Shown here one piece after another: positions 28,032 to 39,587 of a stretch of DNA of 64,000 nucleotides (position 1 is its first letter; every line of letters begins with the position of its first letter). Under the pieces are notes generated by a model. That model worked only from the letters and a program-made list of their open reading frames with translations, was not told the DNA's origin and searched no databases. The DNA lies in IMG/VR virus record IMGVR_UViG_3300032312_000788, positions 10,986 to 74,985 of that record. One strand, given 5' to 3'. The translations under genes and the position numbers were made by a program. The stretch comes from a virus (taxonomy: Duplodnaviria; Heunggongvirae; Uroviricota; Caudoviricetes).

Positions 28032-28961
28032 TTAATAATTAATCAAGAGAGTGAAGATTGCATCACTTGGAACACTCCCACCACTTAATATCTTGACATC
28101 ACAAGAAGACAAATTGATACTAATAGTTCTAATTTGATAATCCCAGTAACTATTTCCAAATAATTGGACTGTTGGAATCATAAAGGACGTAGGTTTATTC
28201 AAATAAGAAAACCTATAATGACCAGCACTTAGTCTAGATACACTAGTAATGTTCTTAGAATATTCAGCGGATAGAGCTATACCATTATATTTGGCGTATA
28301 TCTGATTGGATTCGATGTAAATATTAGTAGACAATGGATTCACCGCTGTTCCTGTGGCAGGAACTCCATTAGCAACCATCGTAAGACCACTACTAACCGT
28401 TAATGTGTTGGTAGATACATCATTGATAGCAACATTACCGAATTTGATCCTACCATCTTCGACATATAGAGGAGATTCAACTAAATCCGATGACACATAA
28501 CCAGCGGATAGAGGATTTAGGGTTATTTTTCCACCACTAAGTCCTAAAGGAGAATTTAAAAGATTTGTTGATACGGAACCAGCAGATAGAGGATTTAATG
28601 TTAATTTATTGTCTGTGGATATGAGGATGTAATTATCTCCAGATGTATATACACCACCGATAAGTTCCCAATCAGATAAATTACTACCATTGTTGATTTT
28701 TAGTCTATATAATTTGTTTTTATCACTATCGAAAGCAAAATCCCCAACTTCACATGGAGATAATGTGGTTATATCAGTTGATATACCCTTAAACAGATTA
28801 CCAACAACCTGACCACCACTCAAAGAGCCATTACCGATGAAAAGACGTTCAGTATCGGTAGTATATCCCAATTCACCAGACTTTAAGACTATTTTCTTTC
28901 TATCGGAGTTTAATCCTTGTCTGATTATCAATTGTAATAGTGTATTTTGAAAAATTTCCAT
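28032..28961 (-). CDS. Tail fibre protein with Mtd_N-like N-terminal domain
   Basis: IIRQG...GELGYTTDT.RLFIGNG; two 26-aa repeats TLNPLSAG.VS..L..SPL; C-terminal NITSVSR.S.GHY.FSY. Confidence 0.7.
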   Translation of the reverse strand: MEIFQNTLLQLIIRQGLNSDRKKIVLKSGELGYTTDTERLFIGNGSLSGGQVVGNLFKGISTDITTLSPCEVGDFAFDSDKNKLYRLKINNGSNLSDWELIGGVYTSGDNYILISTDNKLTLNPLSAGSVSTNLLNSPLGLSGGKITLNPLSAGYVSSDLVESPLYVEDGRIKFGNVAINDVSTNTLTVSSGLTMVANGVPATGTAVNPLSTNIYIESNQIYAKYNGIALSAEYSKNITSVSRLSAGHYRFSYLNKPTSFMIPTVQLFGNSYWDYQIRTISINLSSCDVKILSGGSVPSDAIFTLLINY

Positions 28962-28964
28962 ATA

Positions 28965-30311
28965 TTAGTATCTAAAAATTGGGATTGCGAATCGTCCTAC
29001 AGTTGAACCGTTTCTCGTTGTTGTATTTCCTTCAAAAGTTATAAATCCAGCAGATGAAAGATTAATAATAGTAGTTCCATCAGAAGATAAAGCGGTAAAC
29101 TGTGTTATTTTTAGTCCAGATAAACCCATTGAATCACCATTGAATATAGCTGATAGACTATTTGAATTGTTATAAGAACTTAAAGCAGCATTCCCGGTCA
29201 AAACATCCAAAATGGATGATTTATTGTTTGTAACCCTACCATATGGATCTACAGTGATTTGTGGCCAATTATTTGTTCCCGATAAAGCGTTTCTTGGGAT
29301 AGAAATTACTCCATTATTAGTAGCTGTTAATGATACATTATCTACATTTGTCAAAACGGTAGATAATGATGTGGTCACTGAGTCATATACCAATCCACTA
29401 CCAAACATAGCCGTATTGAGAGCTACACCTCCACTGAAATTTCTAGTTAGAGTGTTATTACTGACACCTGTTATGTTGGATGAGAGGGTTCCGCTGTTTA
29501 GAACCAATCCAGAACCAATCAGGGACGATTTCAGAGATACACCACCAGTTAAACTCTTAGTTAGAGTTACTTCATCAACACTAACTAAAGTTGTTTTTAT
29601 TACATTTCCACCGAAATCATAAATTAATCCATCACCGAACCAAGATGAACTTAAATCTGTGAAGTATACTTGATTGCTTGGTGTAGCAGACAAACTGAGA
29701 ACATTACCATTAAAATAGAAGTAATTTGGATCAACATTTAGACCAATTTTATCGTATCCGCCACCACTAATACCTTTATAAAATGTGTTTGGGTGTATTT
29801 GTAGAGCACTAAGACCTTGAATCTTTGGAATTAAGGAATTTCCTGATAAAGTGAAGAAGGTTGGACTATAATCCAATTGTAAAAGATTACTTTCAACTTT
29901 TAATCCATTGATTATAGTCGATGGAGTTAAGAAATTGACAGGAATCGAACTTTGTTTTAGAGTTAAGGTGTTATTATTTCCATAATCGAAATATGAGGAG
30001 TTGACCTTAGTATTAACCAAGGACCAATTCGAGATATTGTTATACCCGTAAGCTGTTAGTTGGTAAAATGTATTATTACAATACACTAAATCTCCCGGTT
30101 CAGCAATTACGTTGGATAGAGATGTGAAATTTGTAATTGATGAATGAATTTTGTTACCGACAACGACACCACCGCTCAAAACACCTGTTCCTAAGAAAAC
30201 TCTCTTAGTGTCTACGGTAGATACAATCTCACCTTGGTCAAAGATTATTTTTTTTCTTTGATTATCTGTCCCTCTTCGGGTTTTTATTTTTGAAATGTCG
30301 ATATCTGGCAT
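28965..30311 (-). CDS. Tail fibre protein with Mtd_N-like N-terminal domain
   Basis: KTRRGT...GEIVSTVDTKRVFLGTG; three 38-40 aa G(D/S)GL repeats; ITVDPYGRVT fibre motif. Confidence 0.7.
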   Translation of the reverse strand: MPDIDISKIKTRRGTDNQRKKIIFDQGEIVSTVDTKRVFLGTGVLSGGVVVGNKIHSSITNFTSLSNVIAEPGDLVYCNNTFYQLTAYGYNNISNWSLVNTKVNSSYFDYGNNNTLTLKQSSIPVNFLTPSTIINGLKVESNLLQLDYSPTFFTLSGNSLIPKIQGLSALQIHPNTFYKGISGGGYDKIGLNVDPNYFYFNGNVLSLSATPSNQVYFTDLSSSWFGDGLIYDFGGNVIKTTLVSVDEVTLTKSLTGGVSLKSSLIGSGLVLNSGTLSSNITGVSNNTLTRNFSGGVALNTAMFGSGLVYDSVTTSLSTVLTNVDNVSLTATNNGVISIPRNALSGTNNWPQITVDPYGRVTNNKSSILDVLTGNAALSSYNNSNSLSAIFNGDSMGLSGLKITQFTALSSDGTTIINLSSAGFITFEGNTTTRNGSTVGRFAIPIFRY

Positions 30312-30312
30312 A

Positions 30313-31200
30313 TTATACGTGTTGTGCTACGATTGTTAAAACCCAATTAGTTGCGTTTAGGGTAGATGAACCATCTCCTCTATTTCTTAAGTGGATGTAG
30401 TTTCTCTCAACACCACCTGATGTTTCTTTAGAAACTGGACAATAAAACATACCACCCAAACCTCTTTTGTCGTTAGCATCAACTGGAATATCATACAAAA
30501 CAGGATACATATAAGGATTGGTCCCATTTAATAGATTAGGATTTGGAGTTGCTTGAATGAATGTTTGTTTCCCACCGTGATCTACAACACCAGAAGATCT
30601 CAAGAATCCAGTAATAGCCTTGGTGGATGGTAGCACGGAAGCTATAGTTTCGCTCCCATCATTAGCTATACCATTGTTAGTTAAATCAATTTTAACCCAA
30701 GAACTTACAGCAGAAAGACTAGCTGGTATGGTGATTGCATTTGTACCTGTCGCACTAACATGTGGCGCATGATGAGCGATGATGTTTTTACTAGCCTTAA
30801 AATCATCAATCTCTACAACATCCGTTACTTGACCTTTACTATTAACAGTTATCGATGTAATTGGATTACTATAAGTCTTAGCTGGAGACGGTGACAGTGT
30901 TTCTAATAAAGAAGAAGGAATTTGTCCCAAGTATCCCCATTGTGTAGCTGTTTGTTGATATACAATATGACCGATTGTTCCATTTAATGTTGGATAATTT
31001 ACACTTCCGACAGTTAAAGTATCTGCTGTAACCTTACCAGCAACCTTAATACCTGAAGTATCTCTTCCAATAGATAGAGAGCTTTTATTACCGCTACCAT
31101 CATACAAATCGATCAATCCACTGATCGGTAACACATTTCCATTAGCGTGTATCAGGGAATCGAATGTATCAGAAATTAAAGTGTCATTAAGAGAACTCAT
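30313..31200 (-). CDS. Tail fibre-related structural protein
   Basis: First gene after the late box at 31207-31212; ITVNSKGQVT fibre motif. Confidence 0.6.
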   Translation of the reverse strand: MSSLNDTLISDTFDSLIHANGNVLPISGLIDLYDGSGNKSSLSIGRDTSGIKVAGKVTADTLTVGSVNYPTLNGTIGHIVYQQTATQWGYLGQIPSSLLETLSPSPAKTYSNPITSITVNSKGQVTDVVEIDDFKASKNIIAHHAPHVSATGTNAITIPASLSAVSSWVKIDLTNNGIANDGSETIASVLPSTKAITGFLRSSGVVDHGGKQTFIQATPNPNLLNGTNPYMYPVLYDIPVDANDKRGLGGMFYCPVSKETSGGVERNYIHLRNRGDGSSTLNATNWVLTIVAQHV

Positions 31201-31229
31201 TTTATTTATTTAACGACTCAAATTATATT

Positions 31230-34079
31230 TCAAGAATTAGGAAGTAATTTTTTCTGAATATCTATGATTGATGATAAAATTCTTCTTAATGTCAAAACAT
31301 TGATCGTTTCGTTTCCATTAATATATAGGTTCTCTGTCGCTATAGTCAACTCTTTAAGCTTATTGTATATCACTTTTGACTGCTCAAATTTAAAAGTATG
31401 TGAAGTTTTGTTGTATATATTCAAAATATCCTTCACGATATTGGTTATCATCGAATTAAAATACAATCCGAAGGAAGACTGAGAACACGGAGTCTCGATA
31501 AATTTTTTTTCTAAGTTCAAAGGTGCTGCTGTGATATATCTGTCATTCACTGGTTGTTTTATTGAATATATTCTACCATTATTATGCAACAACATATACA
31601 TATAATTATTCTTAATCATATGTGAGTTGAGTTGATTGTTATAAGAATTAGAATCACTATTATTAGAATTCCACTTCACATCAACGTAGTTGTATGCTTG
31701 TTTAGTGCTACCCCAACGATATTCAAAATTATGGTATAACAAATTCTCAGTTTCTAGTCTTCCGTTTGGATATTCTGGGAATGTAAGTGACCTAGTTTGG
31801 TATTCTTTTTGGTTGTGAATATGAAATATATTAGAATCTATTCTAGAAAATTCTATTTTGCTATTAACATCACTCAACTCATATATTTTTTTGTTGAAGA
31901 ATGTATTTTGAATGTTATTTGGATCAAAGAAGCAAACATAGAATCCAGTATTCAATTTATAGAGTATGATAATATTATCATCGATATCTCTAATAGATAT
32001 ATCTAAGATATTTTTTATACCGAATTGTTTCAAATCGAAATCATAATACTTTTGATTTGAGTATTTGTTGTAGAATCCAATGTATGAACCACTTAAAGCT
32101 GATCTTATGTTTTTTCCAAATTTTATACTTTCAACATTAGTTGTATTTGTCTCTAGTCTATCTAAAAGAATCAAATTATTACAATTCAAGAATGCTGTTG
32201 AATCGTAGATTTCTATACCGTTATTTTTAACCAAGAATATTTTGTTGTTTTCTTGGTCATTGTATATATCGATAATTTCTTCGGTTTGTTTTTCTGAAGA
32301 TATCAATTTTAGAGGATTTGTATTGGAGAAATTGCCCTCTAGAATATATGTGTCATATCCATTGGAACAAAAGTATTTAAAACCGTCATATTCATCTAAC
32401 ACAAAAGAACCGATTTTAACATTAGCTAAAAATTCCCAGTTTTTGTTGTCACTAAATGATTGAATGTAAGAGTAATTGTTTTTAGCTGGTAATCCAGATT
32501 CTATAGGTTCAAATTTTGTAGAATTTATGAAAGTGAAGTTGAAATTGTTCCATTTTTCATCCGTAGTGTTCCATTTATATCGAGTCTCTTGCTCAAATGT
32601 TGATAAACCATAGAAATGGTTATTGTTATCTAAAAAGTTATAAACAGTCGGATTCTGAATAATTAGATTTCTGTAACATTTGATATTATTGCTATTGATT
32701 TTATCAATTAAGTTATTCAGACCTTGGAGATTTAATAATTCAAATGCGTCTATTTGAGCATCATTAGATATATCAGAAAAATTACCGAAACATGTATCGA
32801 AATGATATTGTCTTAGAAAAATATCAGCAATTAGCGTATCTTGTCTGGTTAATTTTGTCTGAGATTCTAAATGGGTTCTCCCTACATAAGCTTCTCCATT
32901 TAAAATATGAAAAAATCCATAATATGGAAGTCCATTTAAAGTAAATGCTTCACCATTGGTATGCTTAAAGTAAGCAACCTCGTTGAACTTGTATGTTGTT
33001 GGTATAGGAACCTCATCCTCTTCTGGGATTATAGGAGGATCTACGGGATCAGTTGGTTCTTCTGGTGGATTGGGTTCGGTAGGCTCAGTAGGCTCATCAG
33101 GAACATCTGTGATTATGTCTGAAACGTCAATGAAGAATACGTTACTCGTGGCTACAGCAACATCACGATCATATTTGTTTATGTATACTCTATAAGTTCC
33201 GAGTTCTTTGAATAACTCCCTTGGTTTATTTAAACCAAATGCTTCTAATGCTAAAAATTCGCCTTTACCTGAATTGTAAAAATTCTCTTGCATTTTTCCG
33301 GTCCATTGAACCAGATCATTCGAGTCTAACTCCATTACAGCGTTATGTTCAAATGATTTTACTTTAGCAAAGTTGGAAAAGGTATCTTCAAAGATTGTTA
33401 TCTCGTTATATACATTAACCCAATTAGTTGAATCTTTTTTATAATCAACAAATATCTTATATGATATCGTATCAGGCCAATTATAGATAATCTTCGGATT
33501 GGTTCCACGAACACTGTAATAATTGTAAGGTATTTCAGATATAGTATGAAAAAATGTATCAGCACCACCAACAAAATAACCACCCGTTACATCATTGCTT
33601 CTCTTATATCTCCAAGGACCGAATGACAACCCAATCGTTGGTGAAGTCTTCAGCACGAGATCTATAGAAACTGGAAGATTGGATGTTGTTTCAGTGGTTG
33701 CTCCAATATATTTCGCAGCATAATAACGAATATATTGACCACATGCCCCTGTGGTAACTTGGATATTTGCAATTACTGTAAGGTTTTGGGATTTATTTGT
33801 AGTATATGTTACAGAGTAATCGTTTTTACCTTTGATATAAGGTATAGAGAATTGTTTCAGTAACGAACCATCTACGTCTAAAACAGAAATACTTATGATT
33901 GCAGAAAAACTGCCAGTGATTCCTAGATTACTTTGTTGGGTGAGAAGAGCATCAGAACCACAATATGTATTGGTGTAATATTTTTCAAAATCTAAAAGAG
34001 CGGTTTCCTTTAGATTAATTGATACGACTCCACCTGATTGGGATAAAGACAATCCCGGCCATTGATATTCATCATCCAT
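31230..34079 (-). CDS. Large virion structural protein (baseplate/tail region)
   Basis: Full TATAAATA-N6-ATG; Pro/Glu linker PDEPTEPTEPNPPEEPTDPVDPP separates two regions. Confidence 0.6.
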   Translation of the reverse strand: MDDEYQWPGLSLSQSGGVVSINLKETALLDFEKYYTNTYCGSDALLTQQSNLGITGSFSAIISISVLDVDGSLLKQFSIPYIKGKNDYSVTYTTNKSQNLTVIANIQVTTGACGQYIRYYAAKYIGATTETTSNLPVSIDLVLKTSPTIGLSFGPWRYKRSNDVTGGYFVGGADTFFHTISEIPYNYYSVRGTNPKIIYNWPDTISYKIFVDYKKDSTNWVNVYNEITIFEDTFSNFAKVKSFEHNAVMELDSNDLVQWTGKMQENFYNSGKGEFLALEAFGLNKPRELFKELGTYRVYINKYDRDVAVATSNVFFIDVSDIITDVPDEPTEPTEPNPPEEPTDPVDPPIIPEEDEVPIPTTYKFNEVAYFKHTNGEAFTLNGLPYYGFFHILNGEAYVGRTHLESQTKLTRQDTLIADIFLRQYHFDTCFGNFSDISNDAQIDAFELLNLQGLNNLIDKINSNNIKCYRNLIIQNPTVYNFLDNNNHFYGLSTFEQETRYKWNTTDEKWNNFNFTFINSTKFEPIESGLPAKNNYSYIQSFSDNKNWEFLANVKIGSFVLDEYDGFKYFCSNGYDTYILEGNFSNTNPLKLISSEKQTEEIIDIYNDQENNKIFLVKNNGIEIYDSTAFLNCNNLILLDRLETNTTNVESIKFGKNIRSALSGSYIGFYNKYSNQKYYDFDLKQFGIKNILDISIRDIDDNIIILYKLNTGFYVCFFDPNNIQNTFFNKKIYELSDVNSKIEFSRIDSNIFHIHNQKEYQTRSLTFPEYPNGRLETENLLYHNFEYRWGSTKQAYNYVDVKWNSNNSDSNSYNNQLNSHMIKNNYMYMLLHNNGRIYSIKQPVNDRYITAAPLNLEKKFIETPCSQSSFGLYFNSMITNIVKDILNIYNKTSHTFKFEQSKVIYNKLKELTIATENLYINGNETINVLTLRRILSSIIDIQKKLLPNS

Positions 34080-34084
34080 ATATT

Positions 34085-36352
34085 TTATTTATAATCCTCG
34101 AATGTTATGTTGTGTATTTGTGTGTTTATAGGGAGGATTCTCGATAAATCGTTCTTTAATGATTCCTTGATCTTAGTTTTACTTTGTTCATCCACACCAG
34201 TATTGTTGATCTTGATATTTACGAAATTCGATTTGAATTGTGATGAACACGCTAAGTTGATGGACTGTATATTATCGATACCATTCCTCATACCAGATGG
34301 TAAAGATATCGTTATCTCATCTATATCACTTTGAGTATTCAGTATGTGTGTAGTAAAGGCTAATTCAGGATCTATATAATATGGATTTATTATCAAATCT
34401 TTGAATAATTCACTATTGTAGTAAACATCCAATATATCTCTCTTGGTTTTACCATCATAATAGAATATATCACCGTAAAGTAATTGTTTAGTGAAATATT
34501 CATATGGAGATAATCTGATCTCTAAAACAATTTCGTTATTTAGAAAGACATAACCATAACCTAGTTTACTATCCAAACTAAAACTAAAAATATTAATATC
34601 ATCGGTTTTTATTTGTTTTTGAACATTGAACGTATTCAGGATTTCAGTAGATGGATTGTATATTTTATAAGTAAAATTGAATAAATTATTACTTTTTGAT
34701 ATGCTCATACCGCAATCTATAGAATTTCTATCACTAGAAATATTCCAATCTTCTCCAGATGCAAGAAAACCGAAACTTATACTAAAAGACCCAGCTTCAT
34801 TAATAGATCTATAATAATTACTAGGATAAGTTTTAGAATAACTGTTACAATAATTGAATTGTGAAGATAATTTAGGAAAATCTGTTTTTTGTATTCTATC
34901 GTATCTGTATGTCTCATTGGCTATGAAAACTAAATCACTTTTTTTATCAAAGAATTTCAGATTATCTACAGAATCTCTATAAGATTGATTATTCAATACC
35001 AATTGTTCAATATAATCATTATATGTATCATTGAACATGGGTTTACTCATTAATGCTTCTTGTTTTTCGATTCTATCTGGATAATAGTATCTATCTACCC
35101 AAACCTTAGTTTCACTCATTGGAGATCCTGACAACCATGTGCATAGAAGATGTTGGTTATTATCTTTATTGTTTGAATTTTTTGATATATGATAAACTTT
35201 ATCAGCATATTCAGGAGTTAAGTAAGAAAATGAACCATTTTCCACAAATTTGGTGTCATTTATATTCAAAGATTTAAATGGATACAAACTCTCGGATGTC
35301 GTAATGTAATTAGATCCGGGTTTTATGGAATATGTTTGATTATAGAAGACATAATTTAATGAAATATCATCGCTATATTCCTCATCGACATCGTTGGATA
35401 TAGTAGTATATTCTCGTAGTCTATCCGAATATGATAGTGCGTAACCAGATAGTAAATTATTATTGTTGGTGAATACATCATCCAGTGATAATTGATTTTT
35501 TAGGACCAAAACATCTAGATTGTCATCTAAAAGAGGTTTATGTAATATAAAATTATTCGAGGAATCGAAAAAACTAACTCTTTTATCCACAGTGTTATCT
35601 AAGTTGTATTTTATAAATGATGTATCCAGATTCAAATTTGGATTTATATACAAATTTTTACTTAGAGTGAACGGAGACGAAATATAGGTTGCGATATTAT
35701 CATCTATAACTTTCTTTAAAGATATTTGGTTGTCTTTTTTGAATAAAATGTAATTGGAGTCAAAATTAGTTTTGAATAATAGAATATTATTAGTTTTTTC
35801 AGAAAAAAGATAAAAAAAGTCCTGTGGATTGATCTTATCCTCATCAAATATCAATTTATTTTTTTTAACGAACAAAAGATTATTGTTTTCGTCGCTACAT
35901 AAGTAATATGGATCATTATTTTTAAAAAAAATGATGTTACATCTATTATCCTCTAAAACAATGAAAGAGAATTGTGTATTTTCGTTCTCTGTAGAAGAAA
36001 TAGTCAATGCCCCATAATTAAAATGTTCAAAATACTTACCAGTTCTTGAAAACGGAGATGGATCAACATCAGAATATTGTAAATAATCAGATCCACACAA
36101 AATGGGTCCAAATACTGTCGATGTTTTTAATCCAACATCATCGATATTAGCGAAGTCTGATAGTTTTTTTAAGTTGGTTAATAAAAAATTTGAGTAATTT
36201 TTCACTTTAGAATCTCTGAAAGATGATAAAGCTTGGTTAAAGGACAAAGTGTATCCACCCGGATAATTCCGACTAAAATTCTTAAAACTCAAACCCTTTA
36301 AATTACTATTGAGGGTTTTTGATTTGAGACTAGACAGTGAGTTGATTAACAT
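34085..36352 (-). CDS. Virion structural protein (baseplate/tail region)
   Basis: TAAATA-N6-ATG; N/S/F-rich, beta-sandwich-like C-terminal part. Confidence 0.6.
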   Translation of the reverse strand: MLINSLSSLKSKTLNSNLKGLSFKNFSRNYPGGYTLSFNQALSSFRDSKVKNYSNFLLTNLKKLSDFANIDDVGLKTSTVFGPILCGSDYLQYSDVDPSPFSRTGKYFEHFNYGALTISSTENENTQFSFIVLEDNRCNIIFFKNNDPYYLCSDENNNLLFVKKNKLIFDEDKINPQDFFYLFSEKTNNILLFKTNFDSNYILFKKDNQISLKKVIDDNIATYISSPFTLSKNLYINPNLNLDTSFIKYNLDNTVDKRVSFFDSSNNFILHKPLLDDNLDVLVLKNQLSLDDVFTNNNNLLSGYALSYSDRLREYTTISNDVDEEYSDDISLNYVFYNQTYSIKPGSNYITTSESLYPFKSLNINDTKFVENGSFSYLTPEYADKVYHISKNSNNKDNNQHLLCTWLSGSPMSETKVWVDRYYYPDRIEKQEALMSKPMFNDTYNDYIEQLVLNNQSYRDSVDNLKFFDKKSDLVFIANETYRYDRIQKTDFPKLSSQFNYCNSYSKTYPSNYYRSINEAGSFSISFGFLASGEDWNISSDRNSIDCGMSISKSNNLFNFTYKIYNPSTEILNTFNVQKQIKTDDINIFSFSLDSKLGYGYVFLNNEIVLEIRLSPYEYFTKQLLYGDIFYYDGKTKRDILDVYYNSELFKDLIINPYYIDPELAFTTHILNTQSDIDEITISLPSGMRNGIDNIQSINLACSSQFKSNFVNIKINNTGVDEQSKTKIKESLKNDLSRILPINTQIHNITFEDYK
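34086..34093 (-). promoter_or_regulatory. T4-type late promoter, full TATAAATA (representative of about 29 TAAATA boxes)
   Basis: Exact T4 gp55 consensus 6 nt before the ATG at 34079. Confidence 0.8.
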
Positions 36353-36367
36353 TAAGAATATTTAATA

Positions 36368-36859
36368 CTACTGTATAGTAACAAGATAATTATTTTTTTT
36401 CTCGACAATAGAATACTCTATTTTTTGTGGATAAGTGGGTATTACATTCACAGAATGTAGATCCATATCGTAAATCGATTCAAAATAGTCGTGAGTTCTG
36501 ATTTTTATAGGAACTATGAACCAATTATAATCACCATTTGAATAACTTACGAGAATTTGAGCAGACAGTGATTTGTATAAGGAATTATCAGATGGGTAAT
36601 ACTCATGACTATATGTTTTATTCAAAACAGGATTGTAAGTAAGAGCATTTACATCATTTCTATCGACCACATAGACATCATTTTCATAGACCTCCGAATT
36701 AAGATCACCCCAATCAATTTTCAAATATAATGGAAGCACACCACCGTATACATTAGATAAATTGAAAGATAATTCACTATGATCATCTAATATCACCTCA
36801 GATAAGATACTATTATACGATGTTGTGGATGAATCCAACGAAATGGTTTGTTTGTTCAT
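36368..36859 (-). CDS. Small structural protein (Ig/PKD-like pattern)
   Basis: LKIDWGD...YSHEY motif; ATGA-coupled to the upstream gene. Confidence 0.55.
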   Translation of the reverse strand: MNKQTISLDSSTTSYNSILSEVILDDHSELSFNLSNVYGGVLPLYLKIDWGDLNSEVYENDVYVVDRNDVNALTYNPVLNKTYSHEYYPSDNSLYKSLSAQILVSYSNGDYNWFIVPIKIRTHDYFESIYDMDLHSVNVIPTYPQKIEYSIVEKKNNYLVTIQ

Positions 36860-39531
36860 ATTATTAAAGTATTATCTTCGAATGTTGGAGTGTAACCAGA
36901 GAGGTAAATAGAAACAGTCGATAACGATGACATGTCATTGGTGTATCTTAGAATATTACTATTATACATCTCAGTGCTGAGAATGTTGACATTTGATAAT
37001 ATATCAAATTTATAAGTAAAGATATCAGACATGTAGTTTTGATCCTTTAGTATAAATGATAATGCGAATGTATCAGATGACGATGAATATGTAAGTCTAG
37101 GTGTTTTTAGTTCAAAGTAATTATAATTGTTTGTAGGTATTCTGAATGTATCAGTTGATGTCAACGACAATGTATTAGTTGGATACAATTTAGTATTTTT
37201 GAAATTCGCTGTGTCGAATTCGTAAATTTCTGGATATATATACATAGATTCATCGTCCAATGTTATATTTTTTGTTCTTATGTAAAAAACTTTATTCTTT
37301 ATTCTGAATCTGTTTGATATTCTTTCGAAATTATTTAAATTCTTTGATATAATCAATGAAGGAACTCTAGGTTCTTTGAATATGTTACCGGATGGTTCAA
37401 TTTTATCCACTATTAGGTAAGATGTTGTTTCGATAAACAACACATCCAAGATAATTTCGAAGGAGATAACACTATCCACAATCTCTTGAAATACATCAGG
37501 ACTATATTTGGTCGATAGATATCCTAATGCTTCCGTTAAAGGTAAAACTTCGCGTGTTTTTGAATTTTTTATGTATATACTACCACAATCAGGTTCATAC
37601 TCACCGAAGTATTCGGACGCAGATAACAATACAGTTTTGTTTAACGATTCTTCATCGACATAAACATAATCAATTCTTTTTAAATCTATTCCAAAATCAC
37701 CAGAATTAAAATTTCCACCATCTACTGTCACTAGACCAGATAGCCTAGAATATTCAGTGAAATTAGCTGTGAGAGTAGGCTGAGTCGCATCTAACAACGC
37801 TCTTTGTGTTGAGGTGTGGATACCACCCTCGATTAAAGTATTAAAATAGAATGGATCGGTTGATGTGGAGAATGCTGATAAATCCGAAGATACAGAGTCT
37901 ATATAAGGAATATCTCGACTATCAGCCATATAAGCTCCCTCAATTATTCTGTATTTTCCGACAAGATTAGATTCAGTTGGTTCTTTTAATGAGAAAAATG
38001 GAGAGAATTTCCCGAAATTTATTTCTAGATCTGCTTTGGTGCTTGTGAAAGTTCCCGTATTACTCGATAAACCAGATCTCTTAGTTTCATCGAAGGTATA
38101 ATCATCAATTATAGTATAATTATAATTCAAACCTTCCAGATATAGATCATCGAAGAACTTATGACCATTGATAATCTGACTATATAGATTAGTGATGTCT
38201 ATATTTTGGATATATTGAATGAAAGATTTATCATTTTTGAATAAACCTAACATATTTCCATTTATATCATGTTTAACATCTTCTACGTAACCTTCATTGA
38301 ATACATCAGATAAGTATTTTTTATTGTTTTGATCAATTTTAGATACATATCCGTAATATTTTGTGTCCTTTTGATCAGATTTTGGAATATTTCTAGAATT
38401 TCCAGATGAAAAGTTTCTTTTTAAGAAAGATGAGTCTACGACAAACGTTAATATGTCGCTACTCTTAGGTAAGATTGTTGGATTTGGGAAATAATATAGT
38501 GAATTTGGTTGTAGATTATTCACATTTATAGTGAATGAATCATTTTGACCATCTACTAACACGATAGATACCTTTGATGGCTTAAAGAATCCCAATTCTT
38601 TATCAGTTTGAAAATAATCAATTCTATCTTTTGATACAGATGTTGGATAGTCTCTATTAGAGAAATTTATAGCATTATTAGAGCTTTCAAATAATTTACC
38701 TGATACGAAATTGGATGTGGTATCCCCAGTTGAAAGATAATAGAAATCTGTCAGTAGATATTTTTGAGTTAGTGCTCTTTTATTATCTATTAAGGAATCG
38801 ATTTCCTTCAATTGTAATAATTCGTCTGACAATGTAGAGAAAACATCACCAATAATCTCTTGATTTGATTTTAAAAAGATATCATAACCATAATCTAAAT
38901 CTTTATTGTCGTATGTTGTATCAGGGGTTTGGTTGTAATATAGAGAGTATGTGTTATACAATTCATCTATTTGAATGTCTAATTTTGGGATTATCTCGTC
39001 TATATTAAATAATGTAAACGAATCATCTAAGCCTTTTAGATGAGAAATGGTTAAATCCTTCACAGATTTTTCCACCCCATAATTAGTCCCGTTTAGTTTA
39101 TTCTTTACAGTGTTAAATTTTAACTTTTCACGTTTTTCATTATAATATAATGAAATTTCCCTCAACTTTTTACTATAAAAACTTAGAGCAATGTCTAGAT
39201 CATGTGGATCATTAAAGTCTATATTAGATAAGAATTTTCTTTCTTCTGAATTTGTGTAACTTACATTAATATCCTTCAAAAAATCTCTATATTTTTCAAC
39301 AATTAAAGATTTTTCATTATCCTCTTTGAGATTGTTACTAGTATTCCATTTTTTGATGTAATAGTTGTAATACGATTGTAATGAATCAGGTGAATAAGAA
39401 TCACTGATGATTTTAATAAATGTCAGAAACGACATAGGACCCCCAACGTCCAATGCGTCCTTTTTCTGGACATTTGGATTAGTTATAGATTTCGGGACAT
39501 CAGGAAACCCAAGTTGTATTGACAGAGCCAT
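36856..39531 (-). CDS. Large virion structural protein (baseplate region)
   Basis: TAAATA-N6-ATG; position among baseplate/tail genes. Confidence 0.6.
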   Translation of the reverse strand: MALSIQLGFPDVPKSITNPNVQKKDALDVGGPMSFLTFIKIISDSYSPDSLQSYYNYYIKKWNTSNNLKEDNEKSLIVEKYRDFLKDINVSYTNSEERKFLSNIDFNDPHDLDIALSFYSKKLREISLYYNEKREKLKFNTVKNKLNGTNYGVEKSVKDLTISHLKGLDDSFTLFNIDEIIPKLDIQIDELYNTYSLYYNQTPDTTYDNKDLDYGYDIFLKSNQEIIGDVFSTLSDELLQLKEIDSLIDNKRALTQKYLLTDFYYLSTGDTTSNFVSGKLFESSNNAINFSNRDYPTSVSKDRIDYFQTDKELGFFKPSKVSIVLVDGQNDSFTINVNNLQPNSLYYFPNPTILPKSSDILTFVVDSSFLKRNFSSGNSRNIPKSDQKDTKYYGYVSKIDQNNKKYLSDVFNEGYVEDVKHDINGNMLGLFKNDKSFIQYIQNIDITNLYSQIINGHKFFDDLYLEGLNYNYTIIDDYTFDETKRSGLSSNTGTFTSTKADLEINFGKFSPFFSLKEPTESNLVGKYRIIEGAYMADSRDIPYIDSVSSDLSAFSTSTDPFYFNTLIEGGIHTSTQRALLDATQPTLTANFTEYSRLSGLVTVDGGNFNSGDFGIDLKRIDYVYVDEESLNKTVLLSASEYFGEYEPDCGSIYIKNSKTREVLPLTEALGYLSTKYSPDVFQEIVDSVISFEIILDVLFIETTSYLIVDKIEPSGNIFKEPRVPSLIISKNLNNFERISNRFRIKNKVFYIRTKNITLDDESMYIYPEIYEFDTANFKNTKLYPTNTLSLTSTDTFRIPTNNYNYFELKTPRLTYSSSSDTFALSFILKDQNYMSDIFTYKFDILSNVNILSTEMYNSNILRYTNDMSSLSTVSIYLSGYTPTFEDNTLII

Positions 39532-39587
39532 TGCTATTATTTAGATAGTTTCCTTAATTATGGAGCATATGGTGTATCTAATTTAGT

